A stretch of DNA of 64,000 nucleotides, from positions 200,880,001-200,944,000 of the forward strand of contig NC_058371.1 of NCBI RefSeq assembly GCF_018350175.1, in the 5' to 3' direction. Shown here one piece after another: positions 11,961-24,394 of this stretch. A model generated the notes under the pieces. That model worked only from the letters and a program-made list of their open reading frames with translations, was not told the DNA's origin and ran no database searches. Each line of letters starts with the position of its first letter. Positions within the stretch are counted from its first letter, which is position 1. This stretch comes from Felis catus. Its lineage: Eukaryota. Position numbers and translations under genes: made by a program.

Positions 11961-14471
11961 TTCTTTCCTTATGTGCCCACTCTTGGCTTCTTTAAGAGAT
12001 CGTGCTTTCTAGATTAAAAATAACTGTTAAATTCTGTGTTGAGGAACTGGGCTACTCTTGTTAATTGAACCGTGAGGTGTGAGGAATAGTGTCTCCGAAC
12101 ATTTGACCCAAGGCCCAACAAGCCTCTGTGCCTGAACCTCCTTCAGGAAGTCTAGTTGCTACGTACCGGAGGAGTGTGGGTGTCTGAAGGGAAAAGAAAC
12201 TGCCGTTTCCAAAGTAAAGTAAGCAACAGAACATTTTTCTACACATAGGGTCTGCCTAAACAAACGAGGTGTGGCGATGGAACAGGAGGGTTGAAGAGCT
12301 TTGCTCCAGCTGAAGCGTTCTTTCTTTGTAGACAGTGAGATGGGGGCCCAGAGAAGTCCAATGGCTTGTCTGGCGTTTACACGGGACGGCGCGCCTGACG
12401 CACCCGGCGTCCCACGCACTCCTGGCGTCCCATTGCCCCGCTAAAGACGATACAGAGCACAGTTAACTTTTTTCTAAGGCTTGATTAATCTGTTTGATCG
12501 TTACTTACAACAGAGGCTGACATCCTCTACTTTCTGTGACAGATAACTGTCTTTTGCCCATCGTTCTAAGAAGATGGAGATCTTGTCCTCCCGGGTATGT
12601 GACGATATTTATTCGGTGGCTGTGTCTCTTCTCTCACATCGTATTCTAGCGAGCAGCTGTACGTGAGAGCTGGAGGTAGCCAGTGGGTACAGTTTTGTAG
12701 CTCTTCCTGTGGTCGAGGGCGGGAATCACAGCCCTCATGCAGGTGCCGTGGCAGAAACAGCTTTTCATTTGTTTGGGTTTTTAACGTTTTTTAAATCTTT
12801 GGCCGTAGGCCAGGGATGTTGGTTCCGCACAGCCCACGCCTCACCCACCACTTCCTGTTGCGCTATGCCCGACCGCCTCACCTGTTCCCCTAACTTCCCT
12901 GGCTGCCCCAGGCGTGAGCTCGTGAACGCTGGTGTCGTTCTCCCTTGTCTCCCCTGGTGCTCTTTTGTTTACTGGCTTAACGTTAACTTAGTTCTAAGTT
13001 TTAAAAAGGTTTTTAAAACGAAAGTGGTCCTTCACAGTGAATCGTCACCAGTAATCCTGCCTCGGTACCTAGTTGGGTTTCCTCCCACGGACCTTCCAAC
13101 TCTGCTTTAGAAATTAAAACCCGAGATCTGAAAAATTGTAAAACAGCTCTGTGCCCGTGCAGGGTGGGTCTGAGCAGAGGAGTGTCGGGCCGTCTGTACC
13201 TGGGTTGCTTCCGCATGACAAAATACCCCACAGCTGGGTGACTTACACTAGCCGTCTGGCTTGCTCCCAGTCGTGTGGGCGAGCCAGGGCTCGGCTGGGA
13301 GGTTCTTCCGTGGCTGGTCTTGTGTGGGGTCTCACGCTGCTGCAGTCCAGTGGCCCTGGGACCGGAAGATCCAGGCTGCTCTCCTCGCTTGTCTGGCCTC
13401 TCGGCGGGGAGGCTGGCTGTGACGGCCGCACGGCCAGCGTAGGTCTGTACGTGCAGGGGGCCCAGGAGTTAGCGTTCCAAGAGGGTAGGGGTGGGGGGCC
13501 CTGGCTGGCGCCCCACCGTGGGTGGGGCCGGCGCTGGGGCTGCGCGCCTGCGGACACGGTTCCCGGGGGCACAGAGCGCTACACTTTTCCATCCTGGTGG
13601 GGATGGAGGCAGGAGGGGACACCGGGCTCCCGGGAGGGAGGGTGTGAGATACCTTAATGGAGACGCAGGAGTGAATGAAAGCCCGCGAAGTGTCCGAATC
13701 GCCGTCCAGCTGCCGCAGCCTTGAGGGTGAGGAAGAGACATTCAGGGGACGGGATGACCTCCTCACGTTCTGAATGTGATAGTAGAAACGAAAAAGCCCA
13801 GCACAAGGGTTGGAAGGCGGAGCGGAGGAAATCCCCCGCGGAGTTTTCCACACCATTTTCCGGGTGTGGAAAGCGAGTCTGTGGTGGGTGAACGATTTAG
13901 GGAGCGTCACGGGGCGAGCCCTGGGATGGTGTTCAAACCCAGACCTGTTTTGACTCTCACATCACCGTGAGCGGACCGGGCAGCTCGAGGTCCCCGAGTG
14001 TCATTGGTTAGTGACCGCAGGCCTGGGGTGGGAGTGTCTGTCCAGCAGTTAGGAAATTCCCAGTTCAAACCATCTGTCCATAAAAGGTGAACCTTTGAAT
14101 TGTTAGAATGGCGACAGAAACCTCTGGACGTGGAGAGGAGAGAGACCGGGGTGGGGGAGTGTGTGCGATTGACTGCGTTTCCTTTATGTTGGCGATGAGG
14201 AGGATGGCTGGCGTGGAGAGGGCGGAGACGTCCTGAAGATGGGCACCAACGAGAGAATTTGCCGGAAGCAGCGGGACAGTAGCTGCAGAGTCTGACCGAG
14301 GCTGGGTCTCCATGGAAAGCCCGGGCCTTTAGCTTCACCCCGAGCTTCTGTGAGAGGGCGTGGCCATGTGGGGGCCCCCTGCCCGGGCAGAATCCAGAGG
14401 ACTTGGCGTTCTCTGGGTCAGGTTAATTATCTTTCTTACTCCTCCAACCTCAAACTCCAATCAGAGCAAAA

Positions 14472-14674
14472 TTTATTTATTTATTAATGTTTGTTTATTT
14501 TTGAGAGAGCACAAGCAGAGGAGGGACGGAGAGAGGGAGATGCAGAATCGGAGGCAGGCTCTAGGCTGCAAATTGTCAGCACAGAGCCCGATGCGGGGCT
14601 CAGACTCCTGAATCGTGAGATCATGATCTGAGCCGAAGTCGGACAGTTAACCTACTGAGCCACCCAGGTGCCCC
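14472..14674 (-). mobile_element. Can-SINE with target-site duplication
   Basis: Full body; CAGAGCAAAATTTA (14462-14475) vs CAGAGCAGAATTTA (14675-14688). Confidence 0.95.
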
Positions 14675-17281
14675 CAGAGCAGAATTTAAAGGCATTTTAG
14701 AAACTGGGAATCCAATAGGGACATTCTGGAAAATGAAAAACATCAACAAAATCTAGAAGTGGCATCGACGTTTAGATGACTGATGTGACGGGCATTCCGA
14801 TGGGGCCTCACATGTACGTCATCCTCGTTGGGCCTCGAGCCTCTTGAGGGGGAAAGTGTGGTCTCAGGGTCACGGGTAAAGCAGCACATGGGCCCTGCTG
14901 CCCGGTGCACGTGTGGCGGGGTGCGAATTCAGACCCAGGCCGGTGGGACGTGGGAGCCCATTTCTTCTGAGAAGTAGGCGTTACTACAGTGTAAACCCCC
15001 GGAGGACAGGGTCCTGCCTGTCCGTGGGTCACGCCCAGCCCAGGTGTGCTGTCGACCGACCCTGCTCATGACCGTTGGCTGAGCCAGTGATAAAGCAGTG
15101 AATGGTCGTGCATTCAGAAACCTGCCAGTCCCCACGTGTGCATCACCAGCTTCCAGATTTGGAGTTCCGGTCCTTGAATTTTAGCTGCTCTTACTGTGCG
15201 GGGGGGCCCTTTCAAACGCGCTCCTGGGATCCTGGGCCGTACCTGTAGGCAGTGCAGTTAGGAACAGCAGTGTGTGAGCTCGGCGGGAACGGGAGCATCT
15301 TGTGCACCTACAGCGTGTTCTCCCTTACAGCCGTCACTAAGACCGGTCTCGTTTACTTTATTTTTTCAGACACCACAGGCTCTCAAGTACCCTTGAGTGC
15401 CCTCGTGGACGTGGTGTACTCATAAAACATCCAACGGCTTATATCATAATTGGGAAAGTACGCAGAATTTCTCGCCACCGGCTCCAGGTGAACACTGAAC
15501 AGTACCTGCCGGGAGACGACCGGGGACGAGGCTGCTTCTGGTGGCCCTTTCTGTTCCTCAGTTTTCAGGCCTAGCCCAGCGATCTGATGATTATTTTTCA
15601 CCTAAGTAGGATGCTGCAGTAGTCGGGGAAAGAGGACAGAACCGGGGGGGTGGAGCGTGCTCGTAGCCGTGTTTGGGAGTAAGCTCCCCGTTTCGTTGCC
15701 ACGTGGCTAGGACAGCAGATGCGTGTACTTCAAGCTGCCTTACTGTCCAGAGCGAGTAAACTTCACAGATGTGTGGAGGTAATTTCCAAAACAAAGCGTA
15801 AAAAAGAAATACTGTGTAGTCACTAGTGAGGAGGATCGTTCCGTGTAGAATATTAAATGGCCGGCCGTCGCAGGGACCTGAGCGAAGTTGAATGGTGATC
15901 CCGAGAGGCTCGGCCCTCGGCACTGGAGACTGGCGCTAGGTTTGGAAACACAGTGACATAGGCTCGCCGTAGAGAACAGCGTGCAGCGAGCAGCGGGTCA
16001 GCTGACACCGGTGTTAGGTTCGTGGTCTGGAGGAAATGGACTAAAACAGCCATATTCATCACACCTTGAACGTTATGGTAAGCAGAGTCTTCCTGACGGA
16101 ATTATGTGGTCAGAGCAGCGTTTGTGACTAACGTTTGCCACGGGTCTTAGGGGTGTTTTTAAGGGAGGGACAGCCCTTCTGTGGCCCATTGCCTGTCGCC
16201 CTCTGTCCTGCGTCCCTACTAAAAGCTGTGATATGTCAGGGATAGAGTGTAACTGGCAGCGTCTACAATTAACCATTTTCACTGCGCTGTTTCCTGCTGT
16301 TCAGACTGGAACTGTGTGGTTTCTTGTTTAGGATGTCTGTAATACTTGTGCTGAGTCATTTTGAGTTCAGTGAATGGGGAACAGTTCTATTTTTAGCCCC
16401 TCAAGGCCCCATGAGGGCGGCGGGTGGAGCCGAGTCCCGTGCACCTGTCCGGATCGCGCCCACCGGAGAGAGACTCCGTTCCGGTTTAAATAGGACCTTC
16501 GACCACTGAGTAAAGGTCCTCGGAAATTCGTCTTCCCTTTTCATACTCTGTGAAGGACTTTTCTTTCTTCCTGTGAGAAATAGAAAAACTTTCAAGTTTC
16601 AAAGTCTTCGTAGCCAACGATTATTTGTTTGTGCGTGTTTCCAGCATCTGTCCCTCCGGGAGCTTTGGCTCTTCTTGTTCCCCTCCCAGTTTCAGGCTCT
16701 TCTGTGCCCTGCTCGTGACCTTTAAGAGAAGACAAAGCTCTCACACTCGCTCAGGGCCGTGGCTCTGAGTGCTTTCTTGTTGCAGTCGTCAGTGTTCACT
16801 GGAGAAAAGAACACAATTGCCTTGTTTTCTCTAGACCATGAGCTCCCAGAGGAGCCGCACACGATGTTTGTGACTTTCTTCCCCCTCTTTGTACTGAGTC
16901 CGGTACGAGATTTCCTCACGCAGATATCGAATATTGTTTTTGATGGTGACCGTTGGCCGTACGATGAGTGTTCAGGTCCGTAGGCTGCCCCGTGGGTGAC
17001 ATGCCATACCCCTGGGAAGACCAGCCATTCTGGGCGGTACATTCATACTTTCACATTTTATCAGCAGGTGCCGTTGAATATACTTTACTAGTAAAATATG
17101 TGTACTAAATTGGATCAGCAAACCTGTAGCTTTTCAACTCTTGTGTTGTTTACGTATTGGTAACGCATTTCATTTGGAACGTGGAAGGTTTGCAAGACCT
17201 GTATGTGAAAGCAAGGGTGTGCAGACACCTGAGTTTGTATACACCTGGCAGTAAACTAATGTGTGTTTTGTTCTCACGCAG

Positions 17282-17348
17282 AGCTCTGGCATCGAGACTC
17301 TGGTGGAGGAGCTCTGCTCCAGACTGAAAGACCTGCAGAGTAAGCAAG
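17282..17348 (+). CDS. KIAA0232: KIAA0232 coding exon (SSGIETLVEELCSRLKDLQSKQ-E)
   Basis: ttctcacgcag acceptor, 67 nt, G|gtgag donor; peptide recognised as KIAA0232. Confidence 0.95.
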
Positions 17349-18473
17349 GTGAGCGTAGCCCCTGGAGGGCCTGCACACAGTAGGCTGTTTGCGCCCTGCA
17401 CACAGCGGGCCGTTCGCACCAGGGCCGCGGGCACCAAGGGAGATGGTTGAGGACACCCTAGGATCGGCCAGAGACAGACAAGGAGAAGAAAGTCTTTGTG
17501 TTCAGTGTGTCTCCATGGCAGCATCATGCTGTGTCTTCAGCTCTTAGTGGCTTCTGGGTCACCCTTAGCGGTCCCTTGTCGATAGGTCCCTGCTCTCAGC
17601 GCAGTCACTTAATCCACGGGCGCCCTCACGATGGGGGGACGTTCGGTGTCATGTTCACATCAAAATCCAGGGATCGGGATCGGGAGCGATATGTCCTCCT
17701 TCCCATCCTTGTCCCCCGTGAATATCTGCCCGTTGACATCAAGGCCTCCGAGGGTGTTGACAGTGATTATTTCAGATTTGACAGGAATTTCTGCCTTGAC
17801 TCTTGGAGGTTTTTTGGAAGGGCAGTCTTTGAAGCTCGTTAAAGTCTTTTCGACTCGTGAATCCTCACGGCTTCCTGGGCCAACTTTTCTGCAAGCCCTT
17901 GGAGTGAAAGCTGTGTGTTAAAGTTAAGGGTCTTTGTTTTTCTTGCCCTCTTCATGGCCATTTTGCTGCCCAGTGACCCTTGAGCCTTCCTTCTAAGGGC
18001 ACAGTTTGTTTGTTTTTAACCTAAGGCAGTAGGTACCATGAGCTAAGCTGAGAGTATAGCCCTTTGCTTCAGTTTTATGGAAACACAGCCCTTGCTCAGA
18101 GATGTTGTAAGAGAGCTGATCGTAATGGATTTTCTTAACAGGTTCGTGTCGGTTGAGAGGAGTCAGTACAAAGTCCATGAGTGGGGAATTTAGCGAGAAA
18201 ATAATTTCTGGAATTAAACAGATGGTCTCTCTCCTTCTGCTGTAATTAATAGGGGACGTCAGTCTGTCAGTCAGGTGCCTCTAGAGCCCTGTGTCAGTGA
18301 TGAGGCGAACAGCTCTCACCCCTCAGCCCCCCATCAGTATGGTGAAGCTAGAGAATTCCCTCTGGTGCTGTGAAGAAGTAGATCTTTATTGAATAAGAAG
18401 GCAAATGGGTATAGAGTTCTTTTCAAGCCATGAAGCCTATGTGATTTCCGACTAAAGTTCCTTGAGAAACTTT

Positions 18474-18504
<31 letters not shown>

Positions 18505-18557
18505 CATTTGTTAACTAGATATAAGACCAATCTTTCTGAATTTTTGTTTCATAACAG

Positions 18558-18639
18558 AAGAGAAGATTCACAAAAAGTTAGAGGGGTCTCCCTCTCCAGA
18601 GGCAGAATTATCCCCTACAGCAAAGGATCAAGTGGAAAT
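18558..18639 (+). CDS. KIAA0232: KIAA0232 coding exon (E-EKIHKKLEGSPSPEAELSPTAKDQVE-M)
   Basis: ataacag acceptor, 82 nt, AT|gtacgt donor keeps frame into next exon. Confidence 0.95.
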
Positions 18640-19189
18640 GTACGTAAGATTGTATTCGTTAACAAAATGTGCATGGTTAAAAATCCGACTAATAACTGCT
18701 GTGTGCTTTACCGGTTTTGTTCGTTGTCTTGTATTCAGTCTCCCATTTTATAATCCAGGAAACATGTGTTGAGCACTTACTGTGTGCGTGACACTGAGGA
18801 TTCAGAGGTGAATGAGACGGTCCTGTCCTTGTCATACGTACTGAATCAGGATTTGGGAACTGGGTGAGCGAGTGAAACACGGTTGTTACTGACTGTGCAC
18901 CCAGTGTGCTGTCACACCGGTCCCCGGAGACGGCTGTGAGAAAGTGGGCTCGCCCTTGTTCTGCACGCAGGGAACGCGGGGTTCCACGGCTGCGTACAAA
19001 GAAGTGTGGGCGAGTCATTGACCTTGTCAAGCTTGATTCCTGAAGGTGCTCGGAGTCCTCTGTCTGTAGATGGCCGGTAAAATCAGCTGCTTCATAAGCA
19101 GAACTTGCTTATTGTACAGTTTATTTGAATCTTACGGACTTGTAGACCTTCAGGTGAAAATAGCTTTTATTGGTCCATGTGGACAGGTG

Positions 19190-19505
19190 CTTGCTGTCCA
19201 GTGTGGCCGCCGTAAGTCACGTGTGGCTGTTTAGCACTTGAAATGTGGCCACTTCAAATTGAGATGTGCTGTAAATACAGAACTCTCACGAGATTCCAAA
19301 TTTGGTATAAAAAGGAATGTAAAATATTACATTAATATTTTAAAATATCAATTATATGTTGCAAGGATGATGTGGATATATTTGGTTAAGTAAACTACAT
19401 CATTGGATTCCCTTTCACCTGTGTTTTCTTGCACTTCTAGTGTGACTCCTAGGAGGTTAAAAATTCTCTGTGAGGTTCACGATGTATTCCCATTAGACAG
19501 CGCTG
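19190..19505 (-). mobile_element. MER33 (hAT-Charlie) DNA transposon remnant
   Basis: gtggctgtttagcacttgaaatgtggcc...aattgagatgtgctgtaa... ends ttagacagcgctg. Confidence 0.75.
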
Positions 19506-20669
19506 GTAGAGACTGGAGAGGAGAATCAAACACAGGCCCTTCGAAAGCATGGCCTTTTGTCAGCTCACATGTGACCTTGACTGTGGCCTCCAGAGTACGG
19601 CGCCCTTGGCAGGCAGCCCGACTCTAGGTTCTTGCTTTGGCAGCCCGTCTTGTTCTGAGATTTGCCGGGACTACTGGCTTCTTGGCAGATTGGAAGGTCG
19701 TCTTCCTTGTTTTCAGGCCCTGTGGGAGCAGGCTCCGTGGCTCGACCTGCCCCGCATTTCCAGTAGTCGCTGGCCTCCTCGGGTTTCGTGTGCACACAGG
19801 TTCCTGTGCCTCACAAGTGGTACTCCCCAGACTGCGACGTTTCTGGAACGTCAGGGCTCTGCTGTGGTCCGCTTTTCCTAATGGTTCTGGGCCGCACCAG
19901 CATCCTCTTGCCCGAACACCCGAGTACCCTTCCTCATCCGTGCCGTGTCTGACTTAATGCCGGGCATGGCTCCTGAGAAAATGTAACGGTGACAACAGTC
20001 CCATAATATTCCCGCTCCTCTCGTACGTTAATTCCTTTGCTCCTCACAGCTCTGTGAGGCAGTTGAAAGTATTACGTGTGTTTCCTAGGCCGCGGAGACG
20101 TTCTGTCGCGTGCCTGAGGTCACACAGCTAGTCAGGGCAGCGTCAAGGTTCCCAGTCGGGGAGCGTGGCTTCAGAGCTCGTGCGCTCCAGCTTTCAAATT
20201 CCTCCCCTCCCCGTGCTCCAAAGGGCCTCGGGAGAGAAGTCCCGTGGCCGCCCTTGTGCGGCTGAGGATGCGGACGCGACGGACCACAGATAACGAGCTT
20301 CAAGTCACCAGCGTAGTAAGTCACGTGAGCGGAGACTCAGATGCAGCTATTTCTTACCAAGAGATGACTTGCTTGCCACTGCATTGTACTTGTCCTTTGT
20401 GACTTCTCAGTTAAGACCTTAAGGACGAAAACCGTCCTCTTCCCAGTATTCTAAATATCCTTCGAGGGCTCGTGTCCGTGCTGAACATAAAGTTGCTCAA
20501 GACACGGGACTAAACGTAAGGCGTGTTTTCGCCGTGTCGCTCGTTTTTGGCTTTAAAGTTCATGGTTCGTGGGTGACGTCAGTGGTGGCTGTTAAAACGG
20601 GAGGCGATGTCGCCTGCTGTGTCTCGCACGTCTGAGTGCCCGCCTTGAAGCCTTCCCTCTGTGTTTCAG

Positions 20670-23600
20670 GTACTACGAAGCGTTCCCACCGCTGTCCGAG
20701 AAGCCGGTCTGCCTGCAGGAGATCATGACCGTGTGGAACAGGTCTAAAGTCTGTTCTTACTCCAGCTCTTCCTCGTCGTCCACGGCGCCCCCCGCCAGCA
20801 CAGACACGTCCTCCCCCAAAGACTGCAACAGCGAAGGAGAAGCGAGCAAGGAGAGAAGCCGCGAGGCGGGCCCCACTGCACACGAGAGAGCCCAGAGCAA
20901 GAGCAGAAGCGAGAAGGAGGACAGGTTCGGGCACGGCGCCGCGGAAGAGCAGCCCGCCCTGTACAAAAAGCAGGTCCGACACAAGCCTGAGGGACGGATT
21001 CGCCCTCGCTCGTGGTCCTCCGGCTCGAGTGAAGCGGGCTCGAGTTCGAGCGGTCCTCGGGGAGAACTGAAAGCCTCCGTGAAGTGCGTGAAAGTCCGAC
21101 ACAAGACGCGAGAAGTTCGGAACAAGAAAGGGCGGAACGGGCCGGGCAGGCTGTCGCTGAAGCCCGGCGACAAGGCCGAGCGGGCCGTCCGCGCCGCCGG
21201 CAGCAGCAGCAGCGGCAGCGGGGGTGGCGGCGGCTCCGTCAAGCCGCTGTGCCGGCGCGGGAAGAGGCCCCTGAAGGACCCGGGGAGGAGAGACCCCGGG
21301 AGCGCCGAAGGAAGAGACCTGTCCCTGGAGAGCAGAAACGACAGGGAGTACAAGGAGGAGCCGCTGTGGTACACGGAGCCGATTGCCGAGTATTTCGTTC
21401 CTCTGAGCAGGAAAAGCAAACTAGAGACCACCTACCGAAACAGACCGGATGCGAGCGACCTGCCGTCGGAGGCGGTGGACGAGTTGTCAGAGTCCGTGCA
21501 CAGTCTTTGTATCAGCAACAATAATATGCATAAAACATACCTCGCAGCAGGTACTTTCATTGATGGTCATTTTGTAGAAATGCCTGCGGTCATCAATGAG
21601 GAGGTTGACCTCACTGGGACCTCGTTCTGTCCTCTCCCGGAGGACAACAAATATCTGGATGGTATTCATCTGTCAGAATTAACACACTTCTATGAAGTGG
21701 ACATTGATCAATCCATGTTGGATCCTGGTGCCTCAGAAACCACGCAAGGAGAAAGTCGGATTTTGAATATGATTCGACAAAAAAGCAAAGAGAAAACCGA
21801 TTTTGAGGCAGAATGTTGCATAGTGTTAGATGGAATGGAGTTGCAAGGGGAACGTGCAATATGGACAGATTCTACCAGCTCCGTGGGTGCCGAGGGCTTA
21901 TTCCTGCAAGACCTCGGCAATCTGGCTCAGTTCTGGGAGTGCTGTTCATCCAGCTCGGGCGATGCCGACGGGGAGAGTTTTGGGGGGGATTCTCCAATCA
22001 GACTCTCCCCGATCTTGGACAGCACGGCGCTCAATCCACATTTGCTTGCTGGCAATCAGGAGCTCTTTTCAGATATTAATGAAGGATCTGGTATAAACTC
22101 TTGTTTTTCAGTGTTTGAAGTGCAATGCAGTAATTCTGTTTTACCGTTTTCTTTTGAAACACTCAACTTGGGGAATGAAAATACAGATTCTAGTGCTAAT
22201 ATGCTTGGGAAAACACAGTCTAGATTGCTAATATGGACCAAAAATAGTGCCTTTGAAGAAAACGAACACTGTTCTAATCTCTCAACAAGAACTTGTAGCC
22301 CATGGTCCCATTCGGAAGAGACGCGTTCGGACAACGAGACGTTAAACATTCAGTTTGAAGAGTCCACGCAGTTTAACGCAGAAGATATGAATTATGTGGT
22401 TCCTAGAGTCTCGTCAAATTATGTAGATGAAGAACTCCTAGATTTCCTGCAAGACGAAACTTGCCAGCAAAACAGTAGAACGTTGGGAGAAATTCCCACC
22501 TTAGTCTTCAAACAAACATCGAAGCTAGAATCTGTCTGCGGTATTCAGCTGGAACAAAAGACGGAACCCAAGACCTTGGAAACTGCGCGAGGGTGTGGCG
22601 AGAGCGGTCCACGTGGAGGCGGTTACAGCTCAGGGGTCATTAAAGACATTTGGACACAGATGGCAGACGGGGGTTCTGTCGCTACGGCGGACGTGGAGCG
22701 AACGGACGAGGAGTTGTTCCCGACAGATGTCAACAACTACTGCTGCTGCCTGGACGCCGAGGCCGAGGCGGAGACCCTCCGGGAGCCCAGCAAGGCCGTG
22801 CAGAGGTCGGAGTACCGTCTGTGGGAGGGCCAGAAGGAGAGCCCAGAGAAGAGAGCTTTCGCGTCCGGGGAGCTGTCGAAGGTGGACGGTGGCGACTACA
22901 CGACACCCTCGAAACCTTGGGACGTGGCCCAGGACAAAGAGAACACCTTCATTCTCGGAGGAGTTTACGGAGAACTCAAGACCTTCAGCAGCGACGGGGA
23001 GTGGGCGGTCGTCCCGCCCGGTCCCACGAAAGGAAGCCTGCTGCAGTGTGCGGCCTCTGACGTGGTGACGATAGCAGGTACGGATGTCTTCATGACCCCG
23101 GGAAACAGTTTCGCTCCCGGTCACAGGCAGTTGTGGAAACCCTTCGTGTCGTTTGAGCAGAACGATCCGCCGAGGAGTGGGGAAAATGGATTAAATAAGG
23201 GATTTTCTTTTATCTTCCATGAAGACTTACTAGGAGCTTGTGGTAACTTTCAGGTTGAGGATCCTGGGCTTGAATATTCCTTCTCTTCCTTTGACTTAAG
23301 CAATCCGTTCTCACAAGTCCTTCACGTGGAGTGTTCATTCGAACCCGAAGGGATTGCCTCTTTCAGCCCCAGTTTTAAGCCGAAATCCATCCTGTGCTCT
23401 GATTCGGACGGCGAAGTTTTTCACCCCAGGATATGTGGCGTCGACAGAACACAGTACAGGGCTATTCGGATCTCTCCGAGGACTCACTTCCGCCCCATTT
23501 CTGCATCCGAGCTGTCCCCAGGAGGAGGAAGTGAGTCGGAATTTGAATCTGAGAAAGAGGAAGCAAATATTCCCATTCCTTCTCAAGCCGATGCGTTTGA

Positions 23601-23967
23601 AGATCCACAGGCAGATCTCCAGCCGCTGGAAGAAGACGCGGAGAAAGAAGGCCATTACTATGGAAAGTCAGAGCTCGAGTCTGGAAAATTCCTTCCCAGG
23701 TTAAAAAAGTCTGGCATGGAAAAGAGCGCTCAGACATCACTGGATTCTCAGGAGGAATCAGCCGGGATTCTGCCAGCGGGGAAGCGGAATCAGTGTTTGG
23801 AGTGCAGCATGAATGAATCTCCGGAAATCGCTTTAGAANNNNNNNNNNNNNNNNNNNNNNNNNNNNNNNNNNNNNNNNNNNNNNNNNNNNNNNNNNNNNN
23901 NNNNNNNNNNNNNNNNNNNNNNNNNNNNNNNNNNNNNNNNNNNNNNNNNNNNNNNNNNNNNNNNNNN
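20670..23967 (+). CDS. KIAA0232: KIAA0232 giant internal coding exon (~3.3 kb; M-YYEAFPPLSEKPVCLQEIMTVW...PEIALE + masked end)
   Basis: tgtttcag acceptor; >1050 uninterrupted codons matching KIAA0232; 3' end lies in N run 23839-23978, inferred from 43 recalled human residues. Confidence 0.92.
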
Positions 23968-24364
23968 NNNNNNNNNNNCGTGTGTGGGTACGTGACGAAA
24001 GCTGTGGATTGGGCTTGAATGTAAGAACAGCCGTGTCGGGCGGTGAAGGACAGGGTTCAGTTATCGGGAAATCAGCTTAAATGTCTTAGAACTTACGTTC
24101 TCATGACTTTACATAAGGACCTAAAGTGGATTTGATGTTTATAAATTTGAGCCAGACAGGAGACGTCTTCTGCAGAGGAAAGACATTTTTAAATCACAGG
24201 ATGGGAGCTTCTCGAGTGTTGTCTTGGTCTGCACGTACCGTGCGTCAGGCAGAACCTCATCCTCAAGCGTTCCAGACTGGGAAGGTGATGGATCGGGAAG
24301 TGGCTCCGAACTCCGCAGAAGGCCCTTTGCCCTTTGGAAGCCGAAGCGGACGGTTTCTTTAAGT

Positions 24365-24394
24365 AGCGAGCGAGCGAGCGAGCCCGCCCGCCCG
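24365..24394. repeat. Compound (AGCG)n(CCCG)n microsatellite
   Basis: agcgagcgagcgagcgagcccgcccgcccg. Confidence 0.9.

Noticed and set aside
20560-21431. Antisense ORFs of 180 and 224 aa over the giant exon
   Set aside because: Expected shadow ORFs of a GC-rich coding region; no independent splice or promoter signals
20725-24018. 1097-aa ORF as a stand-alone single-exon gene
   Set aside because: It is the internal giant exon of KIAA0232; the frame is open upstream to the acceptor at 20670, and the VCGYVTKAVDWA* tail is intronic read-through past the masked donor
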